64,000 nt of DNA from positions 9,114,001 to 9,178,000 of the forward strand of contig NC_043022.1 of the NCBI RefSeq assembly GCF_006345805.1, given 5' to 3'. Shown here piece after piece: positions 25,731 through 40,679 of the stretch (its first letter is position 1; the number at the start of each line of letters is the position of its first letter). This stretch comes from Octopus sinensis. Its lineage: Eukaryota. A model generated the notes under the pieces. That model made no database searches. It was not told the DNA's origin and saw only the letters and a program-made list of their open reading frames with translations. Both the position numbers and the translations under genes were made by a program.

Positions 25731-27432
25731 GTGAAAGAATATGAACAATGAATTTTCATTCAAATTATGTTACATATGTTTGTTTCAATAGCAAGGCTGT
25801 TTATTTGTTTACAATGTATTACACAATAAGATTACATAATATGGATTATATAACCCATCTATTCAAATATTTTGAACATCAAGTGTATATGTGTGTGTTT
25901 GTGTGTCATTGAGTTTGTATTACCATTGTTTTGACATCTGCATGTTGATTGTAAATGAAAGCTTCACCATTCATATGAATGGTGTCATTTGTTTGCAGTC
26001 CATTGTGAAAGCATGTCCAGGCTGTTTGTTGTTTGGAAAACTGCAAGGATGGGGGATCATTCCCTTGCTTGGAGACCAGTGAGAGCTGGTATTGGGAAGA
26101 GCACTGGACTGTAAAATATTCTGCCCCAACTAAATTTTCTAGCCCTGGGCCAACCAAACCCTAATGAGCAAATTTGGTAGATGGAAACTGAAAGATCCTC
26201 ATACATGTGTGTGTGTATACCTTTCTATCTTCTCATCTTGATATCATGCAATAGTTGTAAGCTTGCATCACAGTCATACAGGCAATGCCAATGACTTCTA
26301 ATCTTCCTTGAAATCACGTCCAGCTATCGGGAAATATTATCACCTTTGGAGAGGAATGAAGGTTGGTGATAGGAAGAGCATCCAGCTACAGGAAATCTGT
26401 CTCAACAAATTTCGTTTGACCCATGCAAGCATTAGAGAAGAGGCCATTACAACAATGTTGGAAAGAGAAAAAGATGAAAATATCTATAAAGTATCATTCA
26501 TTACACACACACATATACATACATAAATGCATATATATGAGAGGTATGGGGTTTCAATTCTCCATAGCTGCTTGCAGGCAGTTTTCTCCTGTCTTCTATG
26601 AGCAGACACCTAATATTTCTCAGCTGTTTTCACGGATATATTGGATTCAAAATTTACTTTCTTGTCTGTAAAATACGAACACACTCATACAATTTTTTTA
26701 TTTTATAAAATGTTCCCATATATTTAATCGTCCTCCTTTACTGTCCACTTTCCCATGCTTGCATGGGTCAAAGAGATTTTCTATGCCCAGAAGCCCCTCT
26801 TATGGTCAACCAGGCGAGGTAATGCTTGAACATTCCTAGAGATATTTTTTCACCAGGAAACAAACAACCTTGCTTGTATGGTGATGATGCTCATTCACAA
26901 CATCACATGATGTCTAGACAAGAGTTTGCACGCACACACATGCACATGATTCGGTTTACCCCCAGTTTGATTCAGACACATGATGTTTATAAACCACAAA
27001 ATTGGCAAAATATCAGTATCATTCACTCCTGAATGGAATTAGGGACAGGTTGTTTCACCTGTGTATGGCTTTCAGATGTTTAACAACCGGTGTAATGAGG
27101 GAGTCATCACCACCATGCTAAACCCCAGCAAACAAGCAAAAAGTACACATTGAGTGCATGCAGTTGATAATGCTTACAAAACTGGCGCTGCTTCTAATTC
27201 ATATTTGAATATATATATATATATATATAATATATATATATATATATAAAAGGAGCACTCCATCGGTTATTGAAATACAGGTACAACTCATTTTTACCAG
27301 CTGAGTGGACTCATATATATATATATATATATATGCTTAATAATTAGCATGATGAAATGGTCCTTTTTTCATGCCGAATTCTACTTGGTGAAATTATTGA
27401 TTACTTCTTATTTAATTAATTTTACCCTTTGT

Positions 27433-27498
<66 letters not shown>

Positions 27499-28015
27499 AT
27501 GTATATATCTAGTACTAGGCCTTAGCCTGTCACTAGATTTGAAGACCCTTGCCCAGGGTGCAGCACACAATTGGGAAGAAACCTTTTTAAACCATACAGT
27601 AATACCTGCAGGTACACACACATACATAAATGAATATATGTATGTATATTCTTACTATATAACTACATTGTGTGAAAATTAATTGAATGGCATTTTTTTT
27701 TTGTATTTGTCACTTTCTACAATAAAAATCAGTTGTATCTTATTAGCAAATTATGCCTGTCTTTGTGTCTTGCCATCTATCTATCAGCCCAGCCAGACAC
27801 TCTCACAAACACATTTACACCCACACACTTTAATAAGACATTTCTTATATATATATTATCAATTTGAGAAAACTTCTAATACTATCATTCCTGCTAATAA
27901 TACTACTACTAATAATAATAATGATAATAATAATGATGATGATGATAATATAAATAATAACAGTAATGTGATTACTGAAAAGTACAGTCACCTTTTGGAC
28001 TGCTGAGAATCAGTG

Positions 28016-28068
<53 letters not shown>

Positions 28069-28441
28069 ATTATTCTCTTTTTTTTTTTTTTTAAATTGGT
28101 TTTGTTGCTTGTGTTCTATTGAAACAAATTCTTCTGTTTGAAATAATAATAATGATAATAATAACTATTAATTTTATGAATCCAATGAAGCAGACAAAAT
28201 AAAACAATGAAAAAATGGAAAAATAAACCCATCACACTGCAATGTCCATTTTTTTTAAAATTTGTTTTCTTAAGTGTGTGTGCACATGTGTGTGTATATA
28301 TGGTATGTATGTATGTGTATGACATTATTCTCATTATCAATGATATACATATGTGTGTGTGTATATATTTATCTATAGACACACAAACATATATATATAA
28401 ACACACACATAGACATATATACACATACGCACACACAGAGA

Positions 28442-28486
<45 letters not shown>

Positions 28487-30544
28487 ACATACACACACAC
28501 ACATATATATATGTATACATACACACACATACATACATATATATATATGAAATCATGAGGTGGTAAACAAGATCATTTCCTTCATCTTATTCCTCACAGT
28601 TTTGTTTGGCTGACATTCGTCAACCCATCAATTTTACTTATCACTAAGTCTGGAATTAGCAAAAAAAAATGTAAAATAAACTATATTTATATACATATAA
28701 ACACACACACATACACGCATGCAAATATAGATATACACACATATAATACATGTTGCTTTGTGTCAAACAAATGAGAAAGGAGTGCTCAATATATGTTGTA
28801 GAGGAGAGGTTTTCAACCATGGGCAGTATATAGCCTGAGTGGGTGCTGGGCATGTCAAGGGCTTTAGAAGATGGTGAGGTAACATAATTAACAAACAAAA
28901 TCTTACCTGTAGTAGTAATTATATTATACATAGTAAAACTAGTAACAGTTATTAATATAAAATGGGAGCTAAGTATATACCATTGATAGAGACATGTTTG
29001 AACAAGAGTTTTTTACTTGTTTCAGTCATTTGACTGCAGCCATGCTGGGGCAGTCCTTTGAGAAATTTTAGCTGAGCCAATCGACCCCAGTACTTAGTTT
29101 TTTTAAGACTTGTACTTATTCTATCGGTCACTTTTGCCAAACTGCTAAGTTACAGGGACATAAACTAACACTGATTGTCAAGCGGTGCTGGAAAGGACAA
29201 ACACATACACACACACACACACACATATGACGGGCTTCTTCCAGGTTCTGTCAACCAAATCTACTCACAAGTCTTTGGTTGGTCTGAAGATTTAGTAGAA
29301 GACACTTGCCTAAAGTGCAATGTGGTGGCACTGAACTCGGAGCCAAGTGGTTGAGAAGCAAACGTCTTTCCACACAGCCACTGATTTTTTTTTTAATGTT
29401 ATGTTTCTGTCCTGAACAGTATTTTTTAGGAATATATTCTTGCTTGTTTTCTTCATATACTGTGATCTCCATCTAAGTAAAATTAATAAATTATCATCCA
29501 TGACCGAGTGGGATTAGTCACGATACCTCTCTCACCACATAGGTGGGCACTAGGCATAACAACTACTTCAAAGGGGCAGGGTGTTACGAAAAAAAAAAGG
29601 GTTAAGAATTACTGTTCTAGAGGATATGGGTTGTTTTTTTTTATTGAAATGGAGCTTGTCTCTTGACATTAGTTTCCTGCTACTATGATCATCAGACAAA
29701 ACTGTTACAACTCAATATTGGTCACGTGTGTGTGTGTGTGTGTGTGTGTGTGCATATGTTCACAAACACTACACTACACACACACCCATATATAAATTGA
29801 ATAAGCCACTATACAGTAACTTAGAATTTCCCACAATGCATCACAATGCATTCATTTAGGGATTTTGTGGGGAGTGAACACCCATTGAAAATGATGGGTA
29901 AATGTGTTACTTGTTCCTGATTGTCACTCTTTAATACAGAAGGCAATTATGTTCATAATTCGACACATGCAAACCAATGAGGAGTAGTAATGATTCTATC
30001 TCTCATCTTGTTTCTCAGAAGTTTAGCCACACAAGACAATAAACCTGAACAAATGCATTGCCCAAAACTCTCAGTAGCTACAGGATGAACTCTACAACAT
30101 CTGTGGAGTACTATTTTTCTTGTTTTCAGTTTTTTATACACATGTATGTAGTGTATATATATATGTGTGTGCACTACATCAGTTACAGACATCATATCAT
30201 ACCTTGATACAGTGTAGACAGAGATCCCCTGTTGACACACCACTGATATTAAATGCTAAATACTTTTAATATGCAAATTAGTCACACCGGGTTCTTGGAA
30301 GCCACTCTAATTGTTGAGTAAATAAACAGATTTGCTGCTTGTCTCTCTGGGATTTGTCAAAGTGATGTAAACACCTCTGATGTGAACTCAATAAAGTTAA
30401 AAAAATCAATTAACACTAATCATAATTTTTTTTTTTCAATCTACGGAGAATAACTTAATTTGCCTTGTCTGTATATCTACAACACAGGTTACATACACAC
30501 ACACAAACATACATATATACATACATACACACACAGATAGACAG

Positions 30545-30609
<65 letters not shown>

Positions 30610-30769
30610 CATATACACACAATAGGTAAGCACATAAATGCAAAACAAGGTAGAGAAAATAGTACTTGAATACTTGATCACAAGTGTCCAGCAAACAGAA
30701 ACGTGAAACTCTGAGTTACAGATTTCGTGATACTTTTGAAACTTTAATAAAAAAAAGACTGTGTGTGTA

Positions 30770-30802
<33 letters not shown>

Positions 30803-30896
30803 AGTAGAAGAAATAGCTAAGGTTTTTGGCTGCTATTTCTAAACTTCGGTATGTGGTAAAGCAAATCTTTGCTGAACCCTAATTATTAAATATATA

Positions 30897-30935
<39 letters not shown>

Positions 30936-31148
30936 TATGTATATATATAAAGGAGCACTCTGTTGGTTACGACGACGAGGGTCCCAGCTGATACGATCCA
31001 CAGAACAGCTTGCTCATGAAATTAACGTGTGTTAGTGGCTGAGTACTCCATGAACACATGCACCCTTAAAGTAGTTTTCAGGGAAATTCAGCATAACACA
31101 CAGTGTGACAAGGCTGGCCCTTTGAAATAAAGGTATATATTTAAAAAA

Positions 31149-31186
<38 letters not shown>

Positions 31187-31360
31187 CTGATTCAGAATGT
31201 AAAGAATGAATTTAGCAAATCTTAATTATTAGTTATAATTGTTTCAGTATCGCTCAATTTCTAATGACAGTGCACATAATTTCCTGTAAAAAGTTACACA
31301 ATATATATATATATACATATATATACCAATGAGTAAGTATTTCATTTATGTCTTACGCAT

Positions 31361-31421
31361 TTATCGCTGACGAGGAGAAAATTCTTATGAATTAACTCTG
31401 AAATTGGGACCAATACGGTAA
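31361..31421 (+). ncRNA. Type I hammerhead ribozyme with extended stem II
   Basis: ttatcg-CTGACGA-GGAG aa AATTC ttat GAATT aa CTCT-GAAA-TTG ggac CAA-TA-cggtaa: all three stems pair and the core is intact; AUA triplet, cleavage after 31415. Confidence 0.8.
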
Positions 31422-32409
31422 TAACGGAATATATATATATATAATATATATATATATAAAGGCAAAGAATGGAGAATTAGACATCTTTGATCAACTTATG
31501 CTTGTTCTGGATAGAGGGGTAAATTACATAATTCTAAGATGTAATCAATATAGCCTACATGAATTACAAGAATACACACACACACACACAAAATAAAAAT
31601 GGAAGTCAAACTGTTTATAACTGTGAGGGAGAAGAATGTACGAGTTGCTTTTTTTTAATTGTTATTCTTTCAGTTATTATTTTTATTATTATTATTATTA
31701 TTAATTATTATTAAAATGGTGAAATGATGTATACATTTTTATATTTTACAACTCTTCTTTTTTCTCACAAACTGCAAAGTTGCTGTTTATTTGTATACCA
31801 TTATTATTATTATTATTATCATTATTACTGTCATTATTAATATTATTATCAATATTACTTCTTAACTCAGGACATTTGGTCTTTTAAAGATCTCATTGTA
31901 AAACTTTGGGGACATTTATGTGGGGTCGGGTGGAGGGTATTCAAAGAGGCAGAGAGATAGAGAAAAAAAGAGAGAAAAAATGGAAAAGAATGTTTGAGTG
32001 TATGTAAGTTTATGTGTGCGCATATGCTTGTGTGTGTGTATGTGTGAGAGAAAGAGAGAGAGTATGCTTTTGTGTGTATGAAGGAGAAGAAAAATAATAG
32101 AAAGATGACAAGAATGAGAGAGGGAGAGAGAGTGAGAGATGTGTGATGCGTTTAGTTTAATGTTGTGCCATTGGAAGCGTGAGCATTGCTGAAAGAATAA
32201 AAATTTAGTGTTTAGAAGTGTGCAATTGTAGATTTGTAAGGTGATTACAAAAAAAAAAAAAAGAAAAGAAAATACTATAAAAAAAGAAAAACAATGTATG
32301 TAAAATGGAAAAAAAAAAGATGATGCTGATGCTAATGATGATGATAATAAACGAATTGATCAAAATGAAAACCAGATACATTTGGCATGTTTTCTGTCTA
32401 TATCTTCAG

Positions 32410-32948
32410 ATGTCTTTATTGGATCATTCCATCCCCCAAGTTCAAATCCTTCAACTTTACTATTCCCTTCCAGAGTTAATAAGCACAGAAACCAACCAAA
32501 AGAGTGGATTGGTATCAAACCAGATACCTTTTGGTGGATCTTTGTAATCTAAGTCCGAATTCACTTCCAGTGCAGCACCAGTCGAAGTAAGTAAGCTGGC
32601 ACACACACACATCAAATTCTGATATAATTATAATCTACATCATTTGAAATATATTTGTTGAAAATTTTCAAGGTTTGTGAATTATCTGAAATTTCTCTCC
32701 ATCCTCAGAAAAAGTTTTCAAAACAAATTCTGTTATAACCGTTATCGATACCATCTAAAACTTATCCCTGGAAAATTTAATTACAAAATATTCAAAACTA
32801 AACTGGATCTCCAGCAGGAAACGCAGATGAAGGCAGCAACATCAAACTCTCTCATTCATCAAATTCCGCATATCAGAGGTTTCAAATCATAGAAGTGTAG
32901 CAAAGCAAACATTGATGCCCCAGCCTGGCTGCAGCTCTCAAGTTGAAA
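32410..32948 (+). mobile_element. Heavily decayed CR1-like LINE 3' part
   Basis: FKTKLD...KAATSNSLIHQ, and tail gatgccccagcctggctgcagctctcaagttgaaac similar to 24165-24250. Confidence 0.6.
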
Positions 32949-33338
32949 CTCTTTACTCTTTACTTGTTTCAGTCATTTGATTGTGGCCATGCTGGAGCAC
33001 CGCCTTTAGTCGAGCAAATCGACTCCAGGATTTATTCTTTGTAAGCCTAGTACTTACTCTATCGGTCTCTTTTGCCGAACCGCTAAGTTACGGGGACATA
33101 AACACACCACCATCGGTTGTCAAGTGATGTTGGTGGGACAAACACAGATGCACAAACACACATATACATATATACGATGGGCTTCTTTCAGTTTCCGTCT
33201 ACCAAATCCACTCACAAGGCTTTGGTCGGCCCGAGGCTACAGTAGAAGGCACTTGCCCAAGGTGCCACACAGTGGGACTGAACCCGGAACCATGTGGTTG
33301 GTAAGCAAGCTACTTACCACACAACCACTCCTGCGCCT
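32949..33338 (-). mobile_element. Full-length tRNA-derived SINE (family A) with internal (TA/TG)n
   Basis: Head aggcgcaggagtggttgtgtgg...ggttcagtccc (A/B boxes), tail ctgaaacaagtaaagagt; many copies, e.g. 14920-15305, 18340-18715, 19130-19515, 57250-57604, 62835-63170, 63515-63912. Confidence 0.92.
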
Positions 33339-34320
33339 ATAGAAAACTAGTAAATGAATAAAAGGAATAAGGAAAAATTTTCAGTAAGTTATGAGGTAAC
33401 AGTGTCAAATGGGTGGGATAATGCATATCTGTAATTATGCCAGATATGTAACCAAATACCATAAAATATTTTGTCTGATTGTCTACCAATTCCGTCATCC
33501 ACCACATCATTCTGTTCTTTTTTTTATCAATTTCAGTCATATACATTAAGTGTATATAGTTGATAATACCAACTACTGTACTTATTCTTATCAACCTCAC
33601 AAGGATGAAACGCTAAGTTGACCTGGACGTAAACTGAAGCAAAATTAACAAAAACAAAAGAAAAGCTGTAAAGTAAAATAAAAAAAAAACACGGAATATT
33701 TTTGGAACACCAATTAGAAATCTTTGATAATTAATGTCTTTAATCATATCTTAATTGAAATCGAAGAAATAAAAGAAAAAATGGCAAAGGATGCTTCTTG
33801 AAATTGCTGCCCCAATTTGAACTAATTTTAGACATTCCTTCTGCACTTTATCTCTCCTTTTCTCTCTTACTCCCTCTCTTTCTCTCTCTCCCTTTCTATC
33901 TCTCACACATACACACAAGAGAGGGTACGTAGCTTGGAAACCAAGGATTCTCTCAAGGTTAAGCCACTGCTTCTCGGCATTGAGAAGTCACAGCTCTTTT
34001 ACAACAGACATGTGATTAGAATGTCACAAGAAATGATTGCTAAATGGATTCTTGAGAGCCAACCAGTTGGAGACCAAGGAGAAGACCTAATATAAGATGG
34101 TTGAATAATATCCACTAAGCATTTTGTCCAGTGTGCCAATGATTCTACCAGCTCACAGCCTTAATAATCATAATAATAATAATCCAATATAAACTGATGG
34201 CTAACTGAGTTGTAAAAGTTAGACAGAAAAACCAGGGAACCACTGATAACATACCAAAACACAGAGGCTGAATATACCATATAATCTCTAGTTATTCAAT
34301 CCTTGCTAAATCTGGATATA

Positions 34321-34353
<33 letters not shown>

Positions 34354-35702
34354 GGCATGATTGTGTTGGCAGCAATATCCACATGGCAATATGCTAATAC
34401 TTAAATGTGAAAATAAATAAGAAATGGAATAGCCGTATACTGAACCTGATAATAATAAAATAAATGTGTCCTTTTAAAGCCTAGCCAGGCTCATGGGCCC
34501 GGTTTCCCAGTTTCTATGGCGTATGTGTTCCCCAGCTGGATGGGACGCCAGTCCATCGCAGTGTTACTCATTTTTGCTAGCTGAGTGGACTGGAGCAACG
34601 TGAAATGAAGTGTTTTGCTCAAGAATACAACGCGTCACCCGGTCCAGGAATCAAAACCACAATCTTACAATCATGATGCTGACACCCTAACCACTAAGCC
34701 ACGTACCTCCACACTGAACCTGATACATGAGAACAACCTGGCCCAGAATCTGAAATATGCCCATCCAAACTGAGAAAGGAATATTGGCTTCAAATTTTGG
34801 CACAAGGCCAGCAGTTTTGGGAGAGGGGGTAAGTCAATTGCATTGACCCCACTGGTACTTATTTTATCAACCCCGAAAGGATGGAAAGTAAAGTCAACTT
34901 CAGCAGAATTTGAACTCAGAATGTAAAGACAGGCAAAATGCCACTAAGTATTTTGCCCAGTGTGCTTAATGTTCCTGCCAGAAATATTGAAAGAAATATT
35001 GCAAATTGTCCAGACATAGCATGCAAGTGTTGGAAAGAAAAAAACATACACTGATAGACATTGCAATCCCTTCTGACCAAAATATTGACTGAAAAGAATT
35101 GGTGGTGATGGTGGGGGAGGCTGTCAAAACATAAGGATCTTAAAATTGAAATACTTAAGATCTGTAGCATGAAGGTGGAAACAGTACCAATAATAATTGA
35201 AGTGTGAGGTATAATGGAAGAAAAATATATGAACGGGCAAGGCTGTGCAGTAAGAAGTTAGCCTCCCAACAACATGGCACTGAGTTCAATTATACTGCAT
35301 GGCCCCTTGAGTAACTTTAGCTCCAGGTTAACCAAAGCTTTAAGAGTGAATCTGGTGGACAGAAACATAAAAAAGGCCATTGTGTGTTTGTCTTCCGCCA
35401 ATGCTTGACAACTAGTGTTGATTTGTTTACAGTCCCGTAACTTAGCAGTTTGGCAAAAGAAGAAATACCAGGTTTAAAACATATGTGCTGGGGTTGATTC
35501 TTTTGACTACAACCCTTCAAGGTGATGCCCCAGCATGGCTGCGGTTCCATAACTAAAACGAATAAAAGATAAAAATATAGAAGCCATATCAGGATTTACA
35601 ACATTGCACACCGTCCAGAAATCAATTTGTTAAGAACAGCCCACATCCTGTGAAGGACATTATTGATTCAGTAACACAACCCAACTAGAAAAATCTTCTT
35701 AC

Positions 35703-35731
35703 CTGACACCTGCTCAATATATAACAAGCGC
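35703..35731 (-). other. Candidate 29-nt micro-exon
   Basis: ttttattttattag|GCGCTTGTTATATATTGAGCAGGTGTCAG|gtaaga; two frames are open. No homology recognised. Confidence 0.3.
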
Positions 35732-36242
35732 CTAATAAAATAAAACAACATATTTCACACATGAAGATTAATACCCAATAATGTAACGACTTTCATTACA
35801 CAAATCATACAGCAGAGCAAACACGAATATAACACAAGAAACAAAACAGGTTAAATCACCATAGCAAAACAGAGTGATACAGTGCACCAACAGGAGGAGT
35901 CTATGTTCTACCAACTTACACAAAAATACAAACATACAATGTCATACACATCTCAGCAACACAGAGATGCACTGCGTGATGCAGGAAAAACTCACAGGAA
36001 ATTATCAAAACAATAATAATAATGGTTTCTTTTATTTGCCACCAGGGCTCACATAAAACAGCATTAAATGACATGCAACAACATAAAAGACAAAAACAGG
36101 ATACAATGGGTTTTATGTGTAAACAATATATATAACAATAACAAATTAAAACTCCCAATAGGGGAAGGGCTTTAAGGTCCTCATGGAAAAACCTACAAAG
36201 GCTACAGGTGCCTGATCAACAGGGCAAGAGCCCTTTCATTTC

Positions 36243-36870
36243 TCACAGGTGTATGTTCAGAATTGGTCCTTTCACACTGGTCATTCTTCCAAAGTTCAGC
36301 CACCTTTCGACAAACTTGCTAAAAGGCAACACTTCCCTCTCCACCCTCAACTTCCTTTTCAAGTGAAACTTGAAAAAGTTGATGAGGGCTTGGCCAAGGA
36401 GGAAAGTGTCTGTCTTTAGCCCTTTCAAATGGAGTCCACCACACTACCTCTTTTGCTACAGCCACTAGACTAATAAAAATAGCCTGTCCCTCCCAGCCAA
36501 AAGAGGGTGGTGGAGCAATTTTCACAATGGATTCAGCTGATAGCCGGATCTGTGCTACACATGACAGCAGATGTTTGACATAAAACCACAGGTCAGCAAT
36601 ACTCGGGCACTGGACTAGGGCATGCAGAATGGTTTCATCGCTCTGGGTGCACCTCAGGTAGGCAGGGCTGACAGTACTTCCGTGCTTGTAAAGTTTAATT
36701 CGAACAGGCAGCACCCATCAGTAGCACTACCAGGCAAGGAATTTCTGGAAGTTATCCATGGGCCCAGGCCCAAAAGTTCTTTGAAACAGGCCAGTTAGAT
36801 GGTCTTCATCAACGCCCAGAGTTTCCCTGAGAACATCATCGCACTTTCTCTCTACTAAGCATTTCACCCA
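36243..36870 (-). mobile_element. L1/Tx1-clade LINE ORF2 C-terminus (zinc-knuckle region)
   Basis: NFQKFLAW...LPVRIKLY...CTQSDETILHALVQCPSIADLW, frameshifted into FFKFHLKRKLRVERE...FVERW*. Confidence 0.82.
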
Positions 36871-39800
36871 GTGTGATGACGATTATGCCCGCTCTCTGCC
36901 TTAATAATAATAATTATAATAGTTTCTGATTTGAGATGCTTTGTCAAACTTGACAGATACTTTATTTTATCAGCCCCAGAAGGATAAAAAGCTAAGTTGA
37001 CATTGGTGGGATTTGAACTTAGAATATGAAGTACCAGAACAAACAGAGCAATACATTTTGTCTGATATTCTAATGATTCCAGCAATTTACCACCAAGAGA
37101 AGTAAGGACCGTGCTATGCTAGTGAGGTTGAAATCAAAGCTGAAATACTTGTCCATAATTTTCTTTTACTTCTAAACAAAATACCAGATTGCCAATGGTT
37201 TTGTCTTAACCCTTTAACTTGGAAATAAAATTGCATAGTTATTCCAGTAATGATGTTAAATATTTACCCAGAAATAGAACTGTCATTTTCTGCAAGTCAC
37301 ATTGCCTCAATAAATGCATCATATTATTATCATATATCATCATCATCATTTAACGTCTTTTTTCCATGCTTGTATGGGTTGGATGGTTTGACAGGAGCTG
37401 GTAAGCCAGAGAGCTGCACCAGACTCCAATTGTCTGTTTCGGCATAGATTTTATGGCTGAATGCCCTACCAAATGCCAATCCCTTTACAGAGTGTATTGG
37501 GTGCTTTTTACAAGACACAAGCATGGTGCTTTTTATGTGGTGGCAGCACATGGTAACAACATGGGTGCTTCACATTCCTTAACGAATGGTGGATTGGTGT
37601 ATAAAACTGCTTTCTGCAGTGGAAGGTAGAGAAATCTTAAGCAGATGTATCTGATTTCTGTAGTAAAACAGTTAAGTTTCTTAATTCAAGAACAGTGCTA
37701 CAGTAATCTTGAATGAGGAGAAATTGAAAGAGCAATATTAATATCATGACAGATAACGAAATAGAGATAAGGAGATTAGAGCAAACACAGGCTTATAAAT
37801 AATTATCAATGAACTAGATAAATTACAACCCACACAAATGAAAGCCTACAAGGCTCAAAAGAGAAATAAGTCAAAGCTCAAGTCAACTATGCATCAAAAG
37901 CTCCAGACTAAAAGTAGAAACAGAGAGATTAACCCTCACAGCCAAGACCAATGGTTGGTCACAAAGAATTATATGAATAAAATAATCCTTTGTACAATAG
38001 GAACAAGGCCTGAAATTGTAGGGGAGGGGGCGAGTCAATTACACCAAACCTCCCCCCCAATCTGTAACTGGTACTTAATTTATCGACCCCGAAAGGATGA
38101 AAGGCAAAGTCTACCTCGGCGGAATTTGAACTCAGAATGTAATAATGGGTGAAATACTGCTAAGCCTTTTGTCCAGTGTGTGAACAATTCAGTCACGACC
38201 AATACAATGAGAAAGTGAACCACATCATCTCTGGTTCCTCAGTCCTTGCTAAATTTGAATGGAAGGAATATTACAGAGAAATTAGTTTTGAACTGAACTA
38301 AATGCAAAACCTATGGTAATAGACAACTCCTTAGATCAGTATTTCTCAACCATTTTTTTACCTATGAAGCCCTTTGATTTCCATTTTACTAGAGTGGACC
38401 TTCCCAGCCATTCAATGTTAAAAAAGTCTTATTATAATTTTTATGATGAAATATTATTAGGAATTGATAAAAATGATGATGATCATCATCATTTAACGTC
38501 TGCTTTCCATGCTAGCATGAGTTGGACGATTTGACTGAGGTCTGGCGAACCAGATGGCTGCACCAAGTTTCAATCTGATCTGGCAGAGATTCTACAGCTG
38601 GATGCCCTTCCTAACGTCAACCACTCCGAGAGTGTAGTGGCTGCTTTTACGTGCCACCAGCACTAGGGCCAGTCAGGCAGTACTGGCAATGGCCATGCTC
38701 AAATGGTGCTTTTTATGTGCCACCTGCGCAGGAGCTTGTCCAGTGGCACTGGCAATGACCTCGCTCGAGTGTTTTTTCACGTGCCAGCAGCACAAGTGCC
38801 AGTAAGGTGATGCAGGTAACGATCACACTCGAATGGTGATTTTTACATGCCACCAGCATGAAGGGCAAATGATTTTTGCTACAGCCTGGGTCAAACCAAA
38901 GCCTTTTAAGTGAATTTGGCCTCCTTTGACACAAAGAGCTTCTTTCAGTTTCCATCTACCAAATCCATTGACAAGGCTTTGGACATCCCACGGCCTTAAT
39001 GGAAGACACTTTCCCAAGGTGCCATGCAGCAGGACTGAACCTGGAACTACACACTCACCACACAGCCTGAGCTATCCTAATTCCAACAGATGAAATAGTA
39101 AATGAAATATATTTAAAAATATCAGATCTTCTTTAACAAGAATCTATTGTGTAACAAATCTTTGGATTTTATGGTAAATCCCTCCAAATTGGTGAATTAC
39201 TTTGAAGTTTCTAATTTCACAGAATGGATCTTTAATCCCCATCACATAAGATAATCTTATGAAAAGGCACCTCCATACTTCTTCACAGAAATCTGTATGG
39301 CTCTCAACTTTGCGATGAGATGAATTAGATGAAAAAGAAAGTACTTTCACACATGATTTAAGCAACAATTTGACACGATGTGTCATGAATGGAGATGTTT
39401 TCATAAACCGAATTCCTTTGCTCTTGGGAGATGGGCAGTTTCCAGCGCAAAGCAGCGAACTGGCAGAATCCTTAGCATGTTTGACAAGATGATTATCGGC
39501 ATTTCTTTCTGGCTGTTTACCTTCCGAGTTCAAACCCTGTTAAGGTCAACTTTACGTGCCTTCACTGGTCGGTTAAGGTGAGACAGTGTCATGTGACAAC
39601 TTGCTGGGGCTGCCTACTGGAGCCTAGCGGCAGGTATTTTAAGGGGAGAACATTTGACAAGTCAGTCACTGGCTGACTCTACATCGAAGAGGCCAGGGAG
39701 CAGAAGAAAGAAGTGGGGCCCGCCACGTCAAAACGGTAGAGGAGTAGGGACCGAAACCGGACGTGGTTCTTCCTGATGATGTCTTGAGCTAACTGGATCC

Positions 39801-40679
39801 TATAAAGGAGCTGTTGTGGTAGCAGATCATGAAACACGGTTGTAATTCCTTCCAAAATACTAATACTTTATTTTATCAACTTTGAAAGCATGAAAGGCAA
39901 AGGTGACTGTGCTAGAATTTGAACTCAGAACGTAAAGAGCCAGAAGAACTGCCACTTAACATTTTTCTCTGGCAAGCAAACCGATTTCGCCAGCTCAGAT
40001 AGTTACACGTGAGATGTTGATCAAATACTGAAGTTTCAGACAGAAATATAACGCATATCTGATGATCCTGTTGTCGTGTAGGTCAGCATTGGTAAACTCA
40101 AACACTAGCTCAAATACAGCTATGAATTCCACATACGTTTTTAATTATTATTCTATTTTAATTTTAATCTAAAGACCTAGATTCAAAAGCATTCACACGC
40201 AATGAATCTAAGGGCAATAACTCCTGTAATCCAGAGTTACCGTCCTTGCACTAAATTTTTGACTATTCCTAATAGAATAGCAAAGATCCTTATTATAAGG
40301 GCCGTATTTACTTGTGTAAACATCGTATTGTTTTGTTTTGATTTTCAGTAAAACAAAACTTCGGAGCAGAGGTAAAACTATGACAAGTACCAAAATTTTG
40401 TACTAAATTAAGGATGCAGCTTATACACAAGTAAATATGGTCTCATCATTATCGTTCACTTGTCATGCATGGGCCAGACGAATTTAAACGGGGTAGAATT
40501 CTTACGGTCGGGTGCCCTTCCTCTCACCAACTCTCACCTGTTTTCACGCAAAATTTCACGTTGGCGCTTTGTTCCGATTTCCTGACCATGACAAAAATCG
40601 CACACTACAGCATGCACGTGATCACAAAAACACAAATCTCACAACTTGCGAAGTAAATGCAGAGATGTCACTCAGCATA

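Noticed and set aside
25965-26088. 20-bp perfect palindrome (25965-25984) and a 90-nt phase 1-1 exon-like segment (25999-26088)
   Set aside because: The palindrome is within plausible chance for 64 kb of AT-rich DNA; the exon has no partner exons or homology.
32410-32586. Exon-like segment with good AG and GTAAGT sites
   Set aside because: All three frames hit stops, and the sequence reads as decayed CR1 RT continuous with 32770-32948.
39144-39533. 129-aa minus-strand ORF
   Set aside because: Starts inside a SINE; no recognisable domain or supported splice structure.
39770-39845. CTGATGA...GAAA...GTA spacing
   Set aside because: Stems I and II do not pair.
40000-40140. 47-codon open minus-strand frame (YVEFIAVFELV...)
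   Set aside because: Stops immediately upstream, no ATG and no suitable acceptor.
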